A stretch of DNA of 64,000 nt, taken from positions 29,116,822-29,180,821 of the forward strand of contig NC_057719.1 in assembly GCF_004010195.1 (NCBI RefSeq). Reading direction: 5' to 3'. Both the position numbers and the translations under genes were made by a program. This document shows, in pieces, positions 60,860 to 64,000 of this stretch; positions within the stretch are counted from its first letter, which is position 1; every line of letters begins with the position of its first letter. The notes below the pieces were generated by a model. It had not been told where the DNA came from. It saw only the letters and a list, made by a program, of their open reading frames with translations, and made no database searches. The DNA is from Chiloscyllium plagiosum. Lineage: Eukaryota.

Positions 60860-63093
60860 CCTTAACAGAAGGCAGAGGGGGTAATAGAGAGGACTGCCAT
60901 TAGGGTGGTAATCTCACGGCAGGTAGAAGAAAAAGGTAGATGGGTTACAATCAGGGATGGAAAGGGAACAGGCAAACAGTATAGGGATCACCTGTGGCCT
61001 TTCCCCTCAATAATAAGTACACCATTTTTGATACTGTTGGGGAGGTCAATCTATCAGGGGAAAGCCATAGTGGCCAGGTCTCTGGCACTGAGCCTGGCTC
61101 TGTGGCTCAGAAGGGAAGGGGAGAAGAATTGAAAAGCGCTAATAGTAGGAGACTCAACAGTTAGAGGAAGGGACAGGAGATTCTGTGGTCGCAAACGGGA
61201 CTCCTGGAAGGTATGTTGCCGCCCAGGTGCCAGGGTCCAGGATGTCTCTGATCGAGTCTACAAGATTCTGAAGGAGGGGGGGGAGGGGGGGGGGCATGGG
61301 AGGTTGTGGTGAAGTTGTAGCGCACATTGGCACCAATGACATAGCTAGGAAAAGGGATGAGGATCTATAAAGTGATTTCAGGTTGGAAGCTAAAAAAGCA
61401 GGACAAGCAGAGTAGTAATCTCAGGATTACTATTGGTGCCACATGCTAGTGAGGTGAGGAACAAGGAGCGAGTGCCACTAAACACATGGCTATAGTGCTG
61501 TTGCAGGATGGAGGGCTTCAGATATGTGAATCATTGGGGTACCTTCTGGGGAAGCTGGGACCTGTACATAAAGGAAGGGTCACACTAAAATGGAGAGGCA
61601 CCAATGTCCTGGGCGAGAATTTTGATGGAACACTTCGTAAAGGGTTAAACTAGCTTGGCAGGGGGATGGGATCCAGACCTACAAATCAGAGAAGAGGGTA
61701 GTTGTTGAACAGGCAGAAATAGAATTCAGAGAGTCTGTCAGGAAGGATCCACAGTTGATAGGCAAAGGGATAGGTTAAAGTGTGTCTGTTTCAATGCAAG
61801 AAGTGTCAGGAATAAGAGTAATGAACTTAGAGCATGGATCAATACTTGGAACTACAATGTTGTAGCCATTATGGAAATATGGATTTTACAGGGGCAGGAA
61901 TGGTTGCTGGATGTTCCAGGGTTTAAATCTTTTAAAAAGAATGGGGGGGGGAGGTGGGGAGGTAAAAGAGGAGGGAGCATAGCATTGTTAATTAGACAGT
62001 GCATTACAGCTGCAGAAAAGGAGGTTGTTGAGGAGGGTTTTCTCAACTAAATCAGTATGGGTGGAAGTCAGTAACAGGAAAGGTTCAGTCACTTTATTGG
62101 GTGTTTTCTATTGACCCTCCAATAGTAGGACAGAGATGGAAGAACAGATTAGACAATAGATCTCTGAATGGTGCAGATGTAACAGAGTTGTTGTTATGGG
62201 TGACTTCAACTTCCCTAATATTGATTGGGAGCTCCTTAATGCAGATGGCCTGGATGGAGCCGATTTTGTTAGGTGTGGCCAGGAAGGATACCTAACTCAA
62301 TATGTAGATGGGCTGACTAGAGTGGAGGTGATATTGGATTTGGTGCTATGCAATGAGCCAGGCCAGGTGTCAGATCTCTCATGGGAGATCATTTTGGTGA
62401 AAGTGACCACAACTGCCTCACCTTTACCATAGCTATAGAGAGGGATAGGAACAGTCAGTATGGGAAGGTACTTAACTGAGGGAGGGGATAGTATATTACT
62501 ATTAGACAGGAGCTGTGGAGTATAAATTGGGAACAGTTATTCTACGAAAAATACACAACAGAGATGTGGAGGCTCTTTATGGAGCACTTGTTGCGAGTGT
62601 TGGATAACTGTCCCACTGAGACAGGCAAGGAGTGGTAAGGTGAAGCAGCCTTGTATGACAAGAGAAGAGGAGCTTCTCATCAAGAGGAAGAAGGAAACTT
62701 ACTTAAGGTTGTGGAAGCAAAGATCTGGCACAGCTTTAGAAGATTACAAGGTGGCTAGGAAAGATCTAAAAATGGACTGAGTAGAGCCAGGAGTGGTCAC
62801 AAGAAAGCCTTGGCAGAAAGGATTAGGGAAAACCCAAAGATGTTCTACACTCAGGTGAGGAACAAGAGAATGATCAGAGCGAGGGTAGGACCAATCAGAG
62901 ATAATGGAGGGAACTTGTGCCAGGAGTCTGAATAGGAGGTCCTAAATGTGTTTTTTGCTTCAGTATTCAATAGATAGTGCGAATACCATGAACCAGGTTC
63001 ATAGGCTTACACTTTATTAATATCAATCTGTTTATGTGCTGGAAATTCTGGGAAGCATCAAGATAGATAAGTCCCCACAACCAGACCAGATAT
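60860..63093 (+). mobile_element. CR1 LINE 5' part (ORF1 esterase, APE endonuclease, linker)
   Basis: IVGDSTVRG, HIGTND, FNARS, MGDFNFPNIDW, ILDLVLCNEP. Interrupted at DKSP..PD by a Penelope element. Confidence 0.85.
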
Positions 63094-64000
63094 AGAGCTG
63101 AAAATGTGTTGCTGGAAAAGCGCAGCAGGTCAGGCAGCATCCAGGGAACAGGAGAATTGACATTTCGGGCATAAGCCCTTCTTCAGGAATGAGGAAAGTT
63201 TGTCCAGCAGGCTAAGATAAAAGGTAGGGAGGAGGGACTTGGGGGAGGGGCGTCAGAAATGTGATAGGTGGAAAGAGGTCAAGGTGAGGGTGATAGGTCA
63301 GACTGGGGTGGGGGCGGAGAGGTCGGGAAGAAGATTGCAGGTTAGGAAGGCGGTGCTGAATTTGATGGATTTGACTGAGACAGGCTGGGGGGAGGGGAAA
63401 TGAGGAAGCTGGTGAAATCCGAGTTCATCCCTTGTGGTTGGAGGGTTCCTAGCTGGAAGATGAGGCGTTCTTCCTCCAACCGTCGTTTCGCTGTGGTCTG
63501 ACGATGGAGGAGTCCAAAGACCTGCATATCCTTGGTGGAGTGGGAGGGGGAATTGTAATGTTGAGCTACAGGGTGGTTGGGTTGGTTGGTCCGGGTGTCC
63601 CATAGGTGTTCTCTGAAACGCTCCGCAAGTAGGCGGTCTGTCTCCCCAATATAGAGGAGGCCACATCGGGTGCAGAGGATGCAATAGATGATGTGTGTGG
63701 AGGTGCAGGTGAATCTGTGGCGGATATGGAAGTTTCCTTTGGGGCCTTGGGGGGAGGTGAGGGGGGAGGTGTGGGCGCAAGTCTTGCACCTCCTGCGGTT
63801 GCAGGGGAAGGTGCCGGGAGTGGAGGTTGGGTTGGTGGGGGGTGTGGATCTGACGAGGGAGTCACGGAGGGAGTGGTCTTTACGGAAAGCTGATAGGGGA
63901 GGGGTGGGAAATATATCCTTGGTGGTGGGGTCCGTTTGGAGGTGCAAGACTTGTGCCCACACCTCCCCCCTCACCTCCCTCCAAGGCCCCAAAGGAAACT
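63094..64000 (-). mobile_element. Neptune-type Penelope element (Cys-rich linker, GIY-YIG endonuclease, pLTR) with a 5' inversion; runs off the window
   Basis: LRDSLVRS, GTFPCNRRRCKTC, IIYCILCTRCGLLYIGET..RFREH, LGTLQPQGMN. Hammerhead-like core at about 63155-63190. 63938-64000 is the inverse of 63731-63793. Confidence 0.92.

Noticed and set aside
1..64000. SIX6 or another homeobox gene
   Set aside because: Expected nearby by synteny, but no SIX domain or homeodomain sequence is visible in this window.

Overview
Eukaryotic, repeat-rich vertebrate DNA. HE1 V-SINEs and HER1-like CR1 LINEs point to an elasmobranch (shark). Three layers are visible. (1) Bases 1-2320 are the 3' end of a young endogenous retrovirus: an ERV3/HERV-R-like env ORF (CWVC, immunosuppressive domain, CX7CC) with a degenerate furin site and a frameshift in a G7 run inside the TM anchor, followed by a PPT and a complete 432-bp 3' LTR. 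(2) About 2 kb downstream a CpG-rich promoter starts a multi-exon host gene that the ORF track mostly misses. Eight GT-AG coding exons (16681-53492) splice in frame to about 255 aa matching the synaptonemal-complex protein SIX6OS1/C14orf39; no further exon was found, so the gene probably continues beyond the window. (3) The introns hold decayed mobile elements: many CR1 LINEs, a Rex1 fragment, SINEs, a Gmr1-type Gypsy (PR-IN-RT-RH order), a Harbinger Myb remnant, a pogo/Tigger-like MITE, and several Penelope-like elements. The Penelope pLTRs carry minimal hammerhead ribozyme motifs and repeatedly form TSD-flanked fold-back insertions. Family assignments are from recalled motifs, not database searches, and most repeat boundaries are approximate.
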